Shown: positions 1 to 9,515 of the stretch, in pieces | How the letters are laid out: every line of letters starts with the position of its first letter | Position numbering within the stretch: the stretch's first letter is position 1 | Origin: Chloroflexota bacterium | GTDB taxonomy: Archaea > Iainarchaeota > Iainarchaeia > Iainarchaeales > GCA-2688035 | Assembly: GCA_017610335.1 (NCBI GenBank) | Contig: JAFCCG010000001.1 | Span: 13,869-77,868, forward strand | Direction: 5' to 3' | DNA: 64,000 nucleotides | Made by a program: the position numbers and the translations under genes | The notes under the pieces: generated by a model | The model's input: the letters and a program-made list of their open reading frames with translations, nothing else | Database searches by the model: none | Told to the model about the DNA's origin: nothing

Positions 1-2259
1 GCAGAGAAAAAAGAACTTGAATCTCAGACAACGAAAGAATATTTGGAAAAAGACAGGTTAAAAAGCGAATCTGAAAGATTAAATAAGCTTATTCTTGCAC
101 AAAGAAAAGAAACTTACGCCATTATTGGAGCACAACTTGAAGAAGCCAGAACAGGAAAGGCACTGGCTGTTGAAAAACTGGAAAACAAAAATCGATTTCT
201 TGAACGTAATAAACTAGCTATTGAAGGACTTGAAAAAAAAGCAAAAAATCTTGAAGAAGAGGCTGTAATTCAAAAGAAAAGAATTGGAGAAATAAATACT
301 GAACTTGAAGGCCTTGGAAAAAAAATCAAAGAAGCTGCCGAAAAAAAGAATCTGCTTCAAAGCGGTGCAGAACAAAAGGAAAAAAAACTCGCCGAAATGA
401 ATGCAGCAATGGAAAGAACTACTTCAGAACTTGCTTCTTTAAATGAAGAGCTTTTTGAAAAAAAAGCCCTGCTTAGCGGAATAAAAAGGGAAACAGAATT
501 CAAAAAGCAGGACATGAGAGAAACAATGCAGGTAATTGAAGCAATAGAAGCAAAAGTTTCTGAAAGAGAAAAAAAGATAGGACTTCTTACACAATTGAGA
601 AAAAAGTTTGGAAATGTTTCTGAAAGTCTTTCCAAAATTCAAAAAGAAAGCGAGCGTGCATTGGAGACTTTAAAGGAAGTGGAAGCTGAAAAGAAAAATG
701 TTAATGAAAGCATTGAAACTCTTGGAAAAAACTTTGCAAACTGCCCAGTCTGTGATTCACCACTTGAGAAACAAAAAAAAGCAAGCTTGAAGCTAAAAAA
801 GGAGACATTGTTTAAAGAACTTCTGATTAAAGAACAGGCTTTAAAACAAAGACGAAAAGATTTTGATTCGAGAATTGCTTTGGCAAAAGATGCTTTGGAA
901 AAAGAACAATCACTTGTTGTTGAAACCGCTGATTTAAAAGAATTGAAAGAAGAGCTTGCAGCAAAGAGAGAAAAACTTGCTTTGCTAAAACAATGGCTTA
1001 TGGAAAATGGCTACAATGATCTTTTGAAAAAAATTGAATCAGAAGAACAAAAAGGAAATGAGAAAAAAGCAGGACTTATTGCACAAAAGGAAAAAATTAA
1101 GGCATTTAGTGAAGGAGTTGCATTAAACACTTTTAGAATTGCAAGTGACAGCCTTTCAGTGCTTGAAAAACAAGAACATTCATTAAAACAGGAAAAAGAA
1201 AATTTGCAAAATAATTCTTCGAAGCAATTGCAAAAGCAAAAGGATGGATTTTTAAACGAAGTATCTGTATTAAATGAAGAAAATGAAAAGATTTCTTTAG
1301 AAACCAGAACAGGTGAAAAAGAACTGAAGGCTTTGAAGGAAAAGATTTCAGGACTTGAAGCAAAAATAAATGAGTCTGAAAGACATGGACAAAAAATGAT
1401 TGAAGAAAAGGAAAAGACAGATAATGGAATTGTAAAACTTGAATCAAACATTGCAAAAATCCAGGCAAGGCTTAAAAGTCTTATTCAGCAGGTTAACACA
1501 CTATTTATTGAAAAAAGCAAACATGAAGTAAGAACTGCTGATTTGAATGAAGAGGCAAAAGAATTCAAAGAAGTTGAAGTAATTAAGGAATTTGAACCTT
1601 CAAAATTAAACCAGAGGATTGTAGAAATTGAAAAAAGAATCAAAGAACTCGGTGCAATTAATATGAAGGCATTGGAGTCATACAATCAGCTTGAAGCAGA
1701 AGTAAAAGATGTAAGACAAAAAGTTGAAAAGCTTGACGAGGAAAGAATTGCAGTTATTGAAATGATTGAAAAAATTGATGTAAAGAGAACAAGTGTTTTT
1801 ATGGAATGTTTTGATGAATTGAACAAAAACTTTTCAAAAATGTTTAATACACTATTCAACGGTGAAGGAAATCTTGAATTAAGCAATAGGGAAAATCCTT
1901 TGGAGTCTGGGCTTTTGATTCAGGCAAAGCACAAAGGCGACAATATTAAAAATATTGATTCAATGAGCGGAGGGGAAAAGACCATGACCGCACTTGCATT
2001 CCTTTTTGCAATACAGATTTATGAACCGGCTCCTTTTTATGTATTTGATGAAGCAGATGCGGCTCTTGATAAGGAAAACAGCATCAAGATGGCAACTATG
2101 ATAAAGAAAATAAGCCGTCAAAGCCAGTTTATTGCAATAACCCACAATGACCCGCTTGTACAGGAAGCTAATCAGATTATTGGTGTTGCTGTTAACAAAC
2201 AAAAAAGCAGCGTGATTGGATTAAAACTTAGAGACAAATTGAATTCCGAAAAGGATTAA
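1..2259 (+). CDS. smc: Chromosome segregation protein SMC (5'-truncated), with a CPVC zinc-hook-like motif in the coiled coil
   Basis: Frame is open from position 1. Long coiled coil, then SMC motifs LGAINMKALESY, signature MSGGEKT, Walker B/D-loop PAPFYVFDEADAALD and QFIAITH. Confidence 0.9.
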   Translation, partial: AEKKELESQTTKEYLEKDRLKSESERLNKLILAQRKETYAIIGAQLEEARTGKALAVEKLENKNRFLERNKLAIEGLEKKAKNLEEEAVIQKKRIGEINTELEGLGKKIKEAAEKKNLLQSGAEQKEKKLAEMNAAMERTTSELASLNEELFEKKALLSGIKRETEFKKQDMRETMQVIEAIEAKVSEREKKIGLLTQLRKKFGNVSESLSKIQKESERALETLKEVEAEKKNVNESIETLGKNFANCPVCDSPLEKQKKASLKLKKETLFKELLIKEQALKQRRKDFDSRIALAKDALEKEQSLVVETADLKELKEELAAKREKLALLKQWLMENGYNDLLKKIESEEQKGNEKKAGLIAQKEKIKAFSEGVALNTFRIASDSLSVLEKQEHSLKQEKENLQNNSSKQLQKQKDGFLNEVSVLNEENEKISLETRTGEKELKALKEKISGLEAKINESERHGQKMIEEKEKTDNGIVKLESNIAKIQARLKSLIQQVNTLFIEKSKHEVRTADLNEEAKEFKEVEVIKEFEPSKLNQRIVEIEKRIKELGAINMKALESYNQLEAEVKDVRQKVEKLDEERIAVIEMIEKIDVKRTSVFMECFDELNKNFSKMFNTLFNGEGNLELSNRENPLESGLLIQAKHKGDNIKNIDSMSGGEKTMTALAFLFAIQIYEPAPFYVFDEADAALDKENSIKMATMIKKISRQSQFIAITHNDPLVQEANQIIGVAVNKQKSSVIGLKLRDKLNSEKD

Positions 2260-2274
2260 TAAGTAAGAAGCAAG

Positions 2275-4662
2275 TTAAGAAATTATTTCTTTTTTCGGTT
2301 TTTTTGTTTCTCTTTTATCTTCATCTTTTGCTTTTTTTGTTTCGTCTTTTGCTTTTATCTTTTCTTTGGAAAAATTTGCTTCGGCATTTTTTTTGCCTGA
2401 TTTTATTTTTTTTTCGTCTTCTTTTACAATTTGTTTAAGTAATTCAACTCTTTTTGTGTAAAAGGCAATGTTGGAAGCATAATCTTCTGCTGTAATTTTT
2501 CTTTTTCTTAGTTGTATTCTAAGATCTCTTAAAACATTTTCAAATGCATCAATTTTGCTTTTATTAAGGTCTAAATCAACATAGTTTGCGCTTATTGCCT
2601 TTCTTTCTGCAAGCAAAACATTTAGCTTGTTCTGAATTGGTTTGTTTAATATTTCAAACTGTTCTTTTTTGATGTAACCTTTTTCTAATCTCTGCCTTAA
2701 CTTTCTCTGCTGTTTGAGAATGTCGTCAAGTCTGTCTTCAAAAGAAAATTTCTTTAGGAAATGAAACTTTTTTTCAGAGGCAACAAAACTAAAAATTATT
2801 AGAGCTATAACAAGAATAACTACTAGAACAAGTGCGTATAATGAATCTTCAAGTTCTGGTTTATCCTGCCATCCTGGTGAAATTTCAATAAAACTATTCT
2901 GTGAAAGCTGATTAAGATGATCATAGCTTGCAATTGCTGCATCAAAAACTCCTTCTGCTAAAAAAACAAGATCAAGTCCGCTTTTTACACTTTCAAGAGC
3001 AAGTGCCGGCTGTTCCTGCAGGGTATAAAACTCAGAGCTGTCAAAATAGTATTTTGCATGGTCAAGATAAAGCCTTGCCCAGACAAATTCATTTTCATTA
3101 TTGTTTATTTTTTGGTCGAGAGCTACAAGTCTTTCAAGAAGTACAAACTGAAGCTGGTCAAGATCTTTATCTTTTGAGAATATTTCTGAATTTACAAGAG
3201 CAAGTGCTGAAGATGAATCAAATAAACTTGCATAAAACCAGCCTTCTTTGCGCAGTATTTTTGCACTATCAAGTCTTCTTTCAATATCTTCGGCTTCGAC
3301 ATCTCCTAAAGCTTCAAGACCATTTTCTGCATTTGTAATATATGAATCGATAAGATTGTTAAGACCTAGATCAGAAAGTACTCCAGATGTTGCTCCTTTG
3401 GTCAATTCAAAAAAGTCTTTTGAAACAGAATACCATGCAAGTGCATATTCATAATCCATTATATTGGAAACTCTTTCCAAATCAAGACCGTCTTGTTCAA
3501 CAATTATAACAATATCATCTGACAGTTCCAGAGTATCTAATTTAAGTTTTGCCCAACTCAACCTTTCTTTGGCGGCAATATGCCACTCAAAACCCTCAAT
3601 AGGAATAAACCTGTTTAAGTCATAGGCTAGCGAATCAATTTCACCTGAAAGTTTTTTTACTTTGTCGTTGAATGCAGTTGAATTTCTTGAAAGAAGGGAA
3701 GGATTTTCAGAAATGTCTTTTACAAAATTACTGTTAATCGTTGCAAGAAAGGAAAAATTTGCTGCACTGTAAAGAAAGTTTTGTTCGTATAAAATTTTTC
3801 CCTTTTCAAGAGTTTTTTCACTTTCGTTCAGATATGAAAGCATTACATCAACAAGTGCCGGATCATTAAGCATTGTTCCGCTTAAAGCAGTCTTGGCTGA
3901 CCTTACAGAATCTTCTGCGTCTGAAAGATATTTTTCAGTAAGTGTTTTCATCGGAGCCAAATTTTCACTTAAGTTAATCTTTTCAGGGATAAAATCAATC
4001 CTTGGAATTCCACCTGTGTTTATATCGATTGAATCTATTTTTGCAAATGCATAAAACAAAACATCGTTGATATTGTTTACTTCAATAATTTTAATGCCCC
4101 AGTTTTTATACGCATAATCTATAAGGTTTATTGATTTTACTTTGCCGTCTTCTTTAACAGTTTGTCTTGAATCGCCTGTTGGAATCATAAAAAGTGTTAT
4201 TCCAACCTTGGCTGCTTCTTTTGATTTTTCAAAAATGCCTCCAACAGAACCAACTCCGCCTTCAGCAGTAATCGTTCCTGTTAATGCAACTTCATCAGGA
4301 ATTTCTTTATTTTGTAACATTGAAATAACAAGCAAGGTCATTGCAGCGCCTGCACTTGGTCCCTCTACAAGCGATGCATCACTTTCTATATTAAAAAAAT
4401 AGTCGTATTTTTCAACTTCGTTACTGTAATCGTGTGCTGTTTCAACCGCAATTTTTGCAGTTGATTGTGTGCTTGTTCCAACCAATGGCTCAATATCAGT
4501 CCAAATCATGCCGTTTCCTGGTTTTATTGTAAGAATAAGTTTGGAAGCCATTGCATTTCCTTGATCTGTTACTGCAAAAACTTGCAGGGAATCTTTTTCA
4601 ATTACAGCAAAACATCCTGTTGACAGTAATAGTATCAAAAAAAGAACTAAGATTTTTTTCAT
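2275..4662 (-). CDS. Secreted, membrane-anchored S16 (Lon C-terminal domain) serine protease without ATPase
   Basis: Signal peptide MKKILVLFLILLLSTGCFA; EGPSAG (catalytic Ser) and ALTGTI...VGGIFEK (catalytic Lys); C-terminal TM helix and basic tail. Start reassigned to ATG 4662. Confidence 0.85.
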   Translation of the reverse strand: MKKILVLFLILLLSTGCFAVIEKDSLQVFAVTDQGNAMASKLILTIKPGNGMIWTDIEPLVGTSTQSTAKIAVETAHDYSNEVEKYDYFFNIESDASLVEGPSAGAAMTLLVISMLQNKEIPDEVALTGTITAEGGVGSVGGIFEKSKEAAKVGITLFMIPTGDSRQTVKEDGKVKSINLIDYAYKNWGIKIIEVNNINDVLFYAFAKIDSIDINTGGIPRIDFIPEKINLSENLAPMKTLTEKYLSDAEDSVRSAKTALSGTMLNDPALVDVMLSYLNESEKTLEKGKILYEQNFLYSAANFSFLATINSNFVKDISENPSLLSRNSTAFNDKVKKLSGEIDSLAYDLNRFIPIEGFEWHIAAKERLSWAKLKLDTLELSDDIVIIVEQDGLDLERVSNIMDYEYALAWYSVSKDFFELTKGATSGVLSDLGLNNLIDSYITNAENGLEALGDVEAEDIERRLDSAKILRKEGWFYASLFDSSSALALVNSEIFSKDKDLDQLQFVLLERLVALDQKINNNENEFVWARLYLDHAKYYFDSSEFYTLQEQPALALESVKSGLDLVFLAEGVFDAAIASYDHLNQLSQNSFIEISPGWQDKPELEDSLYALVLVVILVIALIIFSFVASEKKFHFLKKFSFEDRLDDILKQQRKLRQRLEKGYIKKEQFEILNKPIQNKLNVLLAERKAISANYVDLDLNKSKIDAFENVLRDLRIQLRKRKITAEDYASNIAFYTKRVELLKQIVKEDEKKIKSGKKNAEANFSKEKIKAKDETKKAKDEDKRETKKPKKEIIS

Positions 4663-4713
4663 AACAATTAATAGTAAGGGATAATGTGATTTAAATAGGT
4701 TTTTGTTTGGGTA

Positions 4714-4732
4714 CAACTGTCTTAGACAGTTG
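4714..4732. promoter_or_regulatory. Perfect 8-bp inverted repeat between rpl12 and the protease gene (operator or terminator hairpin)
   Basis: CAACTGTC-TTA-GACAGTTG, next to a TTTAAATA TATA-like element. Confidence 0.45.
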
Positions 4733-4777
4733 CCCCAGCTCTGAAAAATGGAGAAAAAGAGAAAAAAGTGAAGGCAA

Positions 4778-5083
4778 TTAGCCAAACAAGCCAGCTAAGC
4801 CTTCTGCTGCTTCTTCCTCTGTTTTCTTATTATCTTCTTCTTTCTTTTCTGCTTTTGCTGACTGTGCTTCACCTGCTGCAGCTGGTGCTGCAGCAACTGC
4901 CTGCACTGCCGCAGCGTTCTTTATTGCCTCATCAATGTTTACATCTTTTAATGAAGCAATTAGGGCTTTAACCCTTGCGCTATCTGGCTTCGCTCCGGCT
5001 GCTTCCAAAACTTTGGATACGGCTGCTTCAGAAACTTCTTTTCCAGCAGCATGCAGCAAAAGCGCAGTGTAGACATACTCCAT
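4778..5083 (-). CDS. rpl12: 50S ribosomal protein P1/L12
   Basis: [11 protein letters not shown] start, Ala-rich hinge, [14 protein letters not shown]-terminus. Confidence 0.97.
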   Translation of the reverse strand: MEYVYTALLLHAAGKEVSEAAVSKVLEAAGAKPDSARVKALIASLKDVNIDEAIKNAAAVQAVAAAPAAAGEAQSAKAEKKEEDNKKTEEEAAEGLAGLFG

Positions 5084-5125
5084 ATCATTCCCTCCGTTTT
5101 ATTTTTTTGTTTAATAAAAAAATAA

Positions 5126-6109
5126 CTATTCCTTTTTTTCCTCTGCCAGTTTGGCTTCTTCTTTCTTTTCCGCTATCTTTTCTTCTTTTACTGGTTCTTC
5201 AGCTGACTTTTCTTTTACTGGTTCTTCAGCTGACTTTTCTCCTTTGACTGTCGGTTCTTCTGATATAGCATTAGGAATCTTTGCTTTTAGAACAGATGCT
5301 TGTGCGTTTGCTTTTGTAAGCACGTCTCCAATGGTTGCTGAATTAAGAATGCTTGCTTCAAGTGCAACAGCTTTTGCATTTTTATAACCTTTAGTTATAA
5401 GAACAGGAATTGTTTCTGTTGTAAAGTATACTGCTTCAATTGCAATATTAAAAGCATTTCTTGCAGCTTCTGCAAAGTTTTGTCTTACTGTATCAATGTC
5501 AATATTAAGAACGTTGCCTAGGAAAAGCTGACCGTTTTCAAGCGCGCTTGTTATTGAAAGTCTTACTTTGATTGGTTTTATTCCAAGCTTTGAAAGAGCT
5601 CCTGAAACTTCTGGTGTAATGACTTCTCCTTTTTTGGCTACAATTTTGTCTTCTGCTATTGAAATTGTCGGACCCTGCATTATTGTTTTAAGTCCTGCTG
5701 CCTTTAAGTCAGACAAAGCTGGCCCTGGAGGCAGTCCTGTGTCGCCTGCAGGGATAAGTATATCGTTTGGTGCAATCAAGCCTGCTTTAGCAGACATGCT
5801 TACGGAGTTTTTTTTAAGCAACGAATATAGTTCGAATGGATTTATTTCACTGAATATTACCGCAATACTTCCTACAATGTGTTCATTCAGTGAAGAAACA
5901 TCGTGTTTTGAATTTTCAAGCGCTTTTTTTAGAATTCTTGTTTTTGTAACTTTTATTACAGCTTGTCCCTGCAATTTTTTCCTAAGCTCTTTTGCAAGTG
6001 CGCCTGGAAAATTCTGCAATGAAGCAATTGAAATTATAGAATATTGGTCTGCAAGCTGTTGCAATTCCTGAACCTGGGCATTTTTCCATTTTTTTGTATG
6101 AGAGGTCAT
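5126..6109 (-). CDS. rpl10: 50S ribosomal protein uL10 (P0)
   Basis: IPAGDTGLPPGP and LSKLGIKP motifs; lies between L1 and L12; C-terminal 27-bp tandem repeat encoding EKSAEEPVK. Confidence 0.96.
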   Translation of the reverse strand: MTSHTKKWKNAQVQELQQLADQYSIISIASLQNFPGALAKELRKKLQGQAVIKVTKTRILKKALENSKHDVSSLNEHIVGSIAVIFSEINPFELYSLLKKNSVSMSAKAGLIAPNDILIPAGDTGLPPGPALSDLKAAGLKTIMQGPTISIAEDKIVAKKGEVITPEVSGALSKLGIKPIKVRLSITSALENGQLFLGNVLNIDIDTVRQNFAEAARNAFNIAIEAVYFTTETIPVLITKGYKNAKAVALEASILNSATIGDVLTKANAQASVLKAKIPNAISEEPTVKGEKSAEEPVKEKSAEEPVKEEKIAEKKEEAKLAEEKKE

Positions 6110-6792
6110 TATTTTTTAACCTCCGTAGACTTTTCTTCAGCTCCAAGCTTTATACATGGACCCATTGATTCTTTTACATAAATGGATTTGATATTTTGGT
6201 GCTTTCTTGGAAGTTCTTTTGTAACAGATTCTGATATAGCCATTGCGTTATCAACAAGCTGCTCATCTTTCATTTTTTCGTTTCCAATTACTACCTGTAC
6301 CAAAGGCATAAATTTTCCTTTTTTGTTTGTAACTCTGGTAACATTTCCCAATGTTTTAAGCATTTGTTCAATCAGTTCTTTGTTTGGCTGAACAGGTTTT
6401 GGCATTTTTCCTTTTGGAGCAAGCTGTTGTCCCAAATATTTTCCAACGGCAATCATTACAGAACCTTCTGCCAAAAGTATGTCATATTCTGTTGAAATAA
6501 GTGCAATTTCTTTTTTCTTAAGTTTTTCAATTTCAGGTTCTTCTATGATTCTGTCAAATTGTCCTTGAACTGATTCAATAAAGTCTTTTGTTTTTGCAAA
6601 AAGAAGTTTTTTTCCACTACCTTGTTTTCCTGTAGGATTTGGCATTGTAACCTTTACGTCAATTTGATTTATTGGCTTTTTTGTGTCAAGGTCTTTGAAA
6701 TTTATAATTAGCTCAATGGATTGTGTAAACTTTCTTTCCTTGCTTTTTTCACGCATTATCTTTAAAGCTTGAATTATTTCTTTCTTTTGCAT
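6109..6792 (-). CDS. rpl1: 50S ribosomal protein uL1
   Basis: RKFTQSIELIINFKDLD, LAPKGKMPKP and IYVKESMGP; GGAGG SD upstream of ATG 6792. Confidence 0.96.
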   Translation of the reverse strand: MQKKEIIQALKIMREKSKERKFTQSIELIINFKDLDTKKPINQIDVKVTMPNPTGKQGSGKKLLFAKTKDFIESVQGQFDRIIEEPEIEKLKKKEIALISTEYDILLAEGSVMIAVGKYLGQQLAPKGKMPKPVQPNKELIEQMLKTLGNVTRVTNKKGKFMPLVQVVIGNEKMKDEQLVDNAMAISESVTKELPRKHQNIKSIYVKESMGPCIKLGAEEKSTEVKK

Positions 6793-6872
6793 TTCTAAAA
6801 CCTCCCACAGTGCCATTTCCTAAAAAATGGATGTGGTCAAACGGAGTCACTAATTAGACTCTCTAAAACCCA
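6793..6872 (-). promoter_or_regulatory. Structured rpl1 leader (two hairpins; candidate L1-binding site)
   Basis: mRNA GAGUC-UAAUUAGU-GACUC and CCACA-U-CCAUUU-loop-AAAUGG-CAC-UGUGG-GAGG; flanked by a GGTTTTAGA direct repeat. Confidence 0.5.
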
Positions 6873-6972
6873 TGAAATACTATAAATAAAATTCTACTGA
6901 AAGCTTTAAAAAGCCTTTTGCAAGCAAAAGCCTTGGGAAAAAATGCTTTGCAAAAACAATTCTTTGGCTTTT

Positions 6973-7449
6973 TTAATCCTTTAGCAGTTCGTCAAACTTG
7001 CCTTCATTAATTTCCTTAATTACTTCTCTTGCAGGCTTCTCTTCAATTGTAAGACCCATGCTATTACAAACGCCTATAATTTCTTTTGCTGCACTTTTCA
7101 TTTTGTAAGATGCAAGCTTTTCAATTTTCATTTCAATAACGTTTTTGATTTGTTCCATCGAAACATTGCCCTTAATTTCAGCCTTTGGATTTGAACTTCC
7201 TTTATCAATTCCAATTTCTTTTTTTATAAGGGCACTTGTCGGAGGACTTCCAACAAAAATTTCAAAGGTTTTTGTACCGACATCAACATCAACTATTACA
7301 GGAACCTTCATTCCTGCATAGCTATTTGTTTTTTCATTAATCTTGGCAACAATATCACCAATGTTTACGCCCAAAGGACCCAAAGCAGGGCCTAATGGTG
7401 CTCCGGCAGATGCTTTTCCACCTTCAACCAAAACCTTAATTTCTGTCAT
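6973..7449 (-). CDS. rpl11: 50S ribosomal protein uL11
   Basis: GGKASAGAPLGPALGPLGVN and PPTSALIKKE motifs; GGAGTG SD. Confidence 0.97.
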   Translation of the reverse strand: MTEIKVLVEGGKASAGAPLGPALGPLGVNIGDIVAKINEKTNSYAGMKVPVIVDVDVGTKTFEIFVGSPPTSALIKKEIGIDKGSSNPKAEIKGNVSMEQIKNVIEMKIEKLASYKMKSAAKEIIGVCNSMGLTIEEKPAREVIKEINEGKFDELLKD

Positions 7450-7485
7450 ACCATTCACTCCTTAACCAAATACATTTCTACAATT

Positions 7486-7926
7486 TTATTCTTTAATAAT
7501 CCTAATATGTTCTGCTTTTATTGTAAGAGGAATCTTTACTGCTGCTTCAAGTAATTCAACCGTTACCTCTTCTTTTGTTGGATTAACTCTCAGAACCTTT
7601 GCCTTTTCAGACTTAAAAGGCCCTGCAATTAATTCAACTTTTGCACCTTCAACAATTGACTGCATTAAAGGCTTTGATTCAAGCAAGCTGCTTAATTCCT
7701 CAATCTTTACAGCACCTTTTACAATTCCCTGCCCCTTAATATGAGGGGTATTTGTAATGCATCTCCTAACTGAAAGCTCGTCCTGTGCTTCAATTAATAC
7801 ATATCCTTTAAGTCCAGGAATTACGCTAATGCTGTAAATAGGAATGTCTTCATGCTTTGACCTGTTGGTAATTATATCTACTACCAATGCTTCCTGCCCA
7901 ACTGTTGTCCTAACCGGAAAAATCAT
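7486..7926 (-). CDS. spt5: Transcription elongation factor Spt5 (NusG)
   Basis: VRTTVGQE, LKGYVLIEA and KOW motif VELIAGPFKSEKAKV; conserved synteny with secE and L11. Confidence 0.96.
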   Translation of the reverse strand: MIFPVRTTVGQEALVVDIITNRSKHEDIPIYSISVIPGLKGYVLIEAQDELSVRRCITNTPHIKGQGIVKGAVKIEELSSLLESKPLMQSIVEGAKVELIAGPFKSEKAKVLRVNPTKEEVTVELLEAAVKIPLTIKAEHIRIIKE

Positions 7927-8083
7927 TTTCTCACCTTTTTCTTTACATCTTTCAATAATTTTTTACATTTTTCAATACAATCAAATAAATTCTGAAAAGG
8001 GTAAATTAGAAACTAATAACCCTAATTCATCGAATATCTTTAATCTGGTAACAATTAAAAAGCTTTTTGTAAAGCCTTTGCAT

Positions 8084-8272
8084 TTACACTACTGGCACAA
8101 AAGCAAAAAACAGAAAAATTGCATAACCAATCAAGGCAATTATGAGTATGCCAATACCGGTTACCTTTGCCATTACTTCAAACTCTTTCCAGTCAGGCTT
8201 TTTTGCAATAACAAAAACACGCCTGCTACTTGAAATAAATGCTCTCAAATTTTCCATGATATTTAATTCCAT
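8084..8272 (-). CDS. secE: Protein translocase subunit SecE/Sec61-gamma
   Basis: RRVFVIAKKPDWKEF followed by one TM helix; synteny. Confidence 0.93.
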   Translation of the reverse strand: MELNIMENLRAFISSSRRVFVIAKKPDWKEFEVMAKVTGIGILIIALIGYAIFLFFAFVPVV

Positions 8273-8358
8273 AAAAAAACACCTGCAATTTAATTACAGT
8301 AACAAAAAAATTAGAAAGAAAAAGGTTTAAAAAAGGAAAAAAATAGGTATTTAGCAGA

Positions 8359-8565
8359 ATGACAAGCAATCCACCAAGCATTCAAGAAATGAAAAAATAT
8401 AGTAGACGGCCCTATTTTTCAAAAGAAACAAACGAAATAAAAACCAAAATAAAAAGAATGGAAAAGCAACTTGAACTACATTCGGAATGGGGCACAAAGC
8501 ATTATCTGCTGATAGCTAATGCTTTTGAAAAAGTGCCCTTTACTGGCAAAATAAGACCGGCTTAA
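8359..8565 (+). CDS. Small basic hypothetical protein
   Basis: 68-aa ATG-initiated ORF filling the intergenic space; no recognised motif. Confidence 0.45.
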   Translation: MTSNPPSIQEMKKYSRRPYFSKETNEIKTKIKRMEKQLELHSEWGTKHYLLIANAFEKVPFTGKIRPA

Positions 8566-8587
8566 ATTCAACAGGTAAAATCCAAAT

Positions 8588-8620
8588 TCAGCCAGTGAAA
8601 TCTATTTCCAAATCAATTGG
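8588..8620 (-). repeat. Diverged duplicate of the last 33 nt of ftsZ
   Basis: 28/33 identical to 9516-9548; encodes PIDLEIDFTG* versus PIDLGIDFTG* in ftsZ. Confidence 0.9.
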
Positions 8621-8694
8621 CAAAAAAAATTACGAATTATTTAGAAAAAACATATATTTAAATATTTGTCTAATGTAAATATATTAGATTTGTT

Positions 8695-8934
8695 ATGGGT
8701 ACAATTACCGTTACTGTTGAGGATAAAGTCGAAGAGAATTTCAGAAAAACCGTTAGCGAAACAAAAGGTAAGGGGAAAGGCATCTTGGGAAGTGCCACAA
8801 ACGAAGCCATGAAAGACTGGGTTGGAAAACAAAGGCAAAAAAAGATATCAAAAGAGATGCTGGTTCTGTTGGATAAAGGCTTTGAAATGGGAAAGTTCAA
8901 AAATGTAAGCAGGGACGAATTGCATGAAAGATGA
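8695..8934 (+). CDS. VapB-like antitoxin (RHH/CopG-like N-terminus)
   Basis: MGTITVTVEDKVEENFRK beta-helix-helix start; SRDELHER C-terminus typical of archaeal VapB; overlaps the PIN gene; TCTAAT...ATTAGA inverted repeat in the promoter. Confidence 0.8.
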   Translation: MGTITVTVEDKVEENFRKTVSETKGKGKGILGSATNEAMKDWVGKQRQKKISKEMLVLLDKGFEMGKFKNVSRDELHER

Positions 8935-9361
8935 TGACAGCCTCTTCATTGACTCGAACATTCTTATATATGCGTTTGACAAAAGTGAGGCAATTAAACA
9001 CAAGAAAGCAAAAAAACTGCTTGAAAAATGCTTTGGCGGAAAAAGCAGGCTTGCAACTTCGACCCAAGTGCTTTCAGAATTCTTTGTTAACACAACAAAA
9101 AAAATAGAAAAACCAATAAGCCAGGAAGCTGCAAAAAATATAATTGGAAAAATAATAGAATTTCAAGCTTTTCCAGTTTTGACCATAAAGCCAAACACAA
9201 TAGAATCAGCCATTGCCACAAGCCAAAAAACAGGAGTACATTATTGGGATGCACTAATTGCAGAAACAATGAAAGAAAACAACATCTTTGAAATACTGAC
9301 AGAAAACACAAAACACTTTGAAAAAATAAAAGAAATACAGGCCAAAAATCCGCTAAAATAG
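8924..9361 (+). CDS. vapC: PIN-domain toxin VapC
   Basis: FIDSNILIYAFD, STQVLSEF, YWDALIA and LTENTKHF PIN motifs. Confidence 0.93.
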   Translation: MKDDDSLFIDSNILIYAFDKSEAIKHKKAKKLLEKCFGGKSRLATSTQVLSEFFVNTTKKIEKPISQEAAKNIIGKIIEFQAFPVLTIKPNTIESAIATSQKTGVHYWDALIAETMKENNIFEILTENTKHFEKIKEIQAKNPLK

Positions 9362-9515
9362 TGCCAGCCTAAAGCAACGAAACTAATTTAAGAACCAAAA
9401 ACCAAAAAAAAGCCCTTGGCTAGCGAAGTCATCCTAAGTCAAATTGTTTAGGCAACAACTCAAGGCATTGCCTTGTAAAGCTAGAACCAATTGGTTAAAT
9501 TTTCACCCAAACAAG

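Noticed and set aside
1..2259. Rad50/SbcC annotation based on the CPVC motif
   Set aside because: The head motifs (LGAINMKA, PAPFYVFDEADAALD) are Smc-type rather than Rad50-type (LDEPT).
9418..9496. tRNA or tRNA-like gene
   Set aside because: No T-loop GTTC or D-loop consensus, and no proper cloverleaf spacing.
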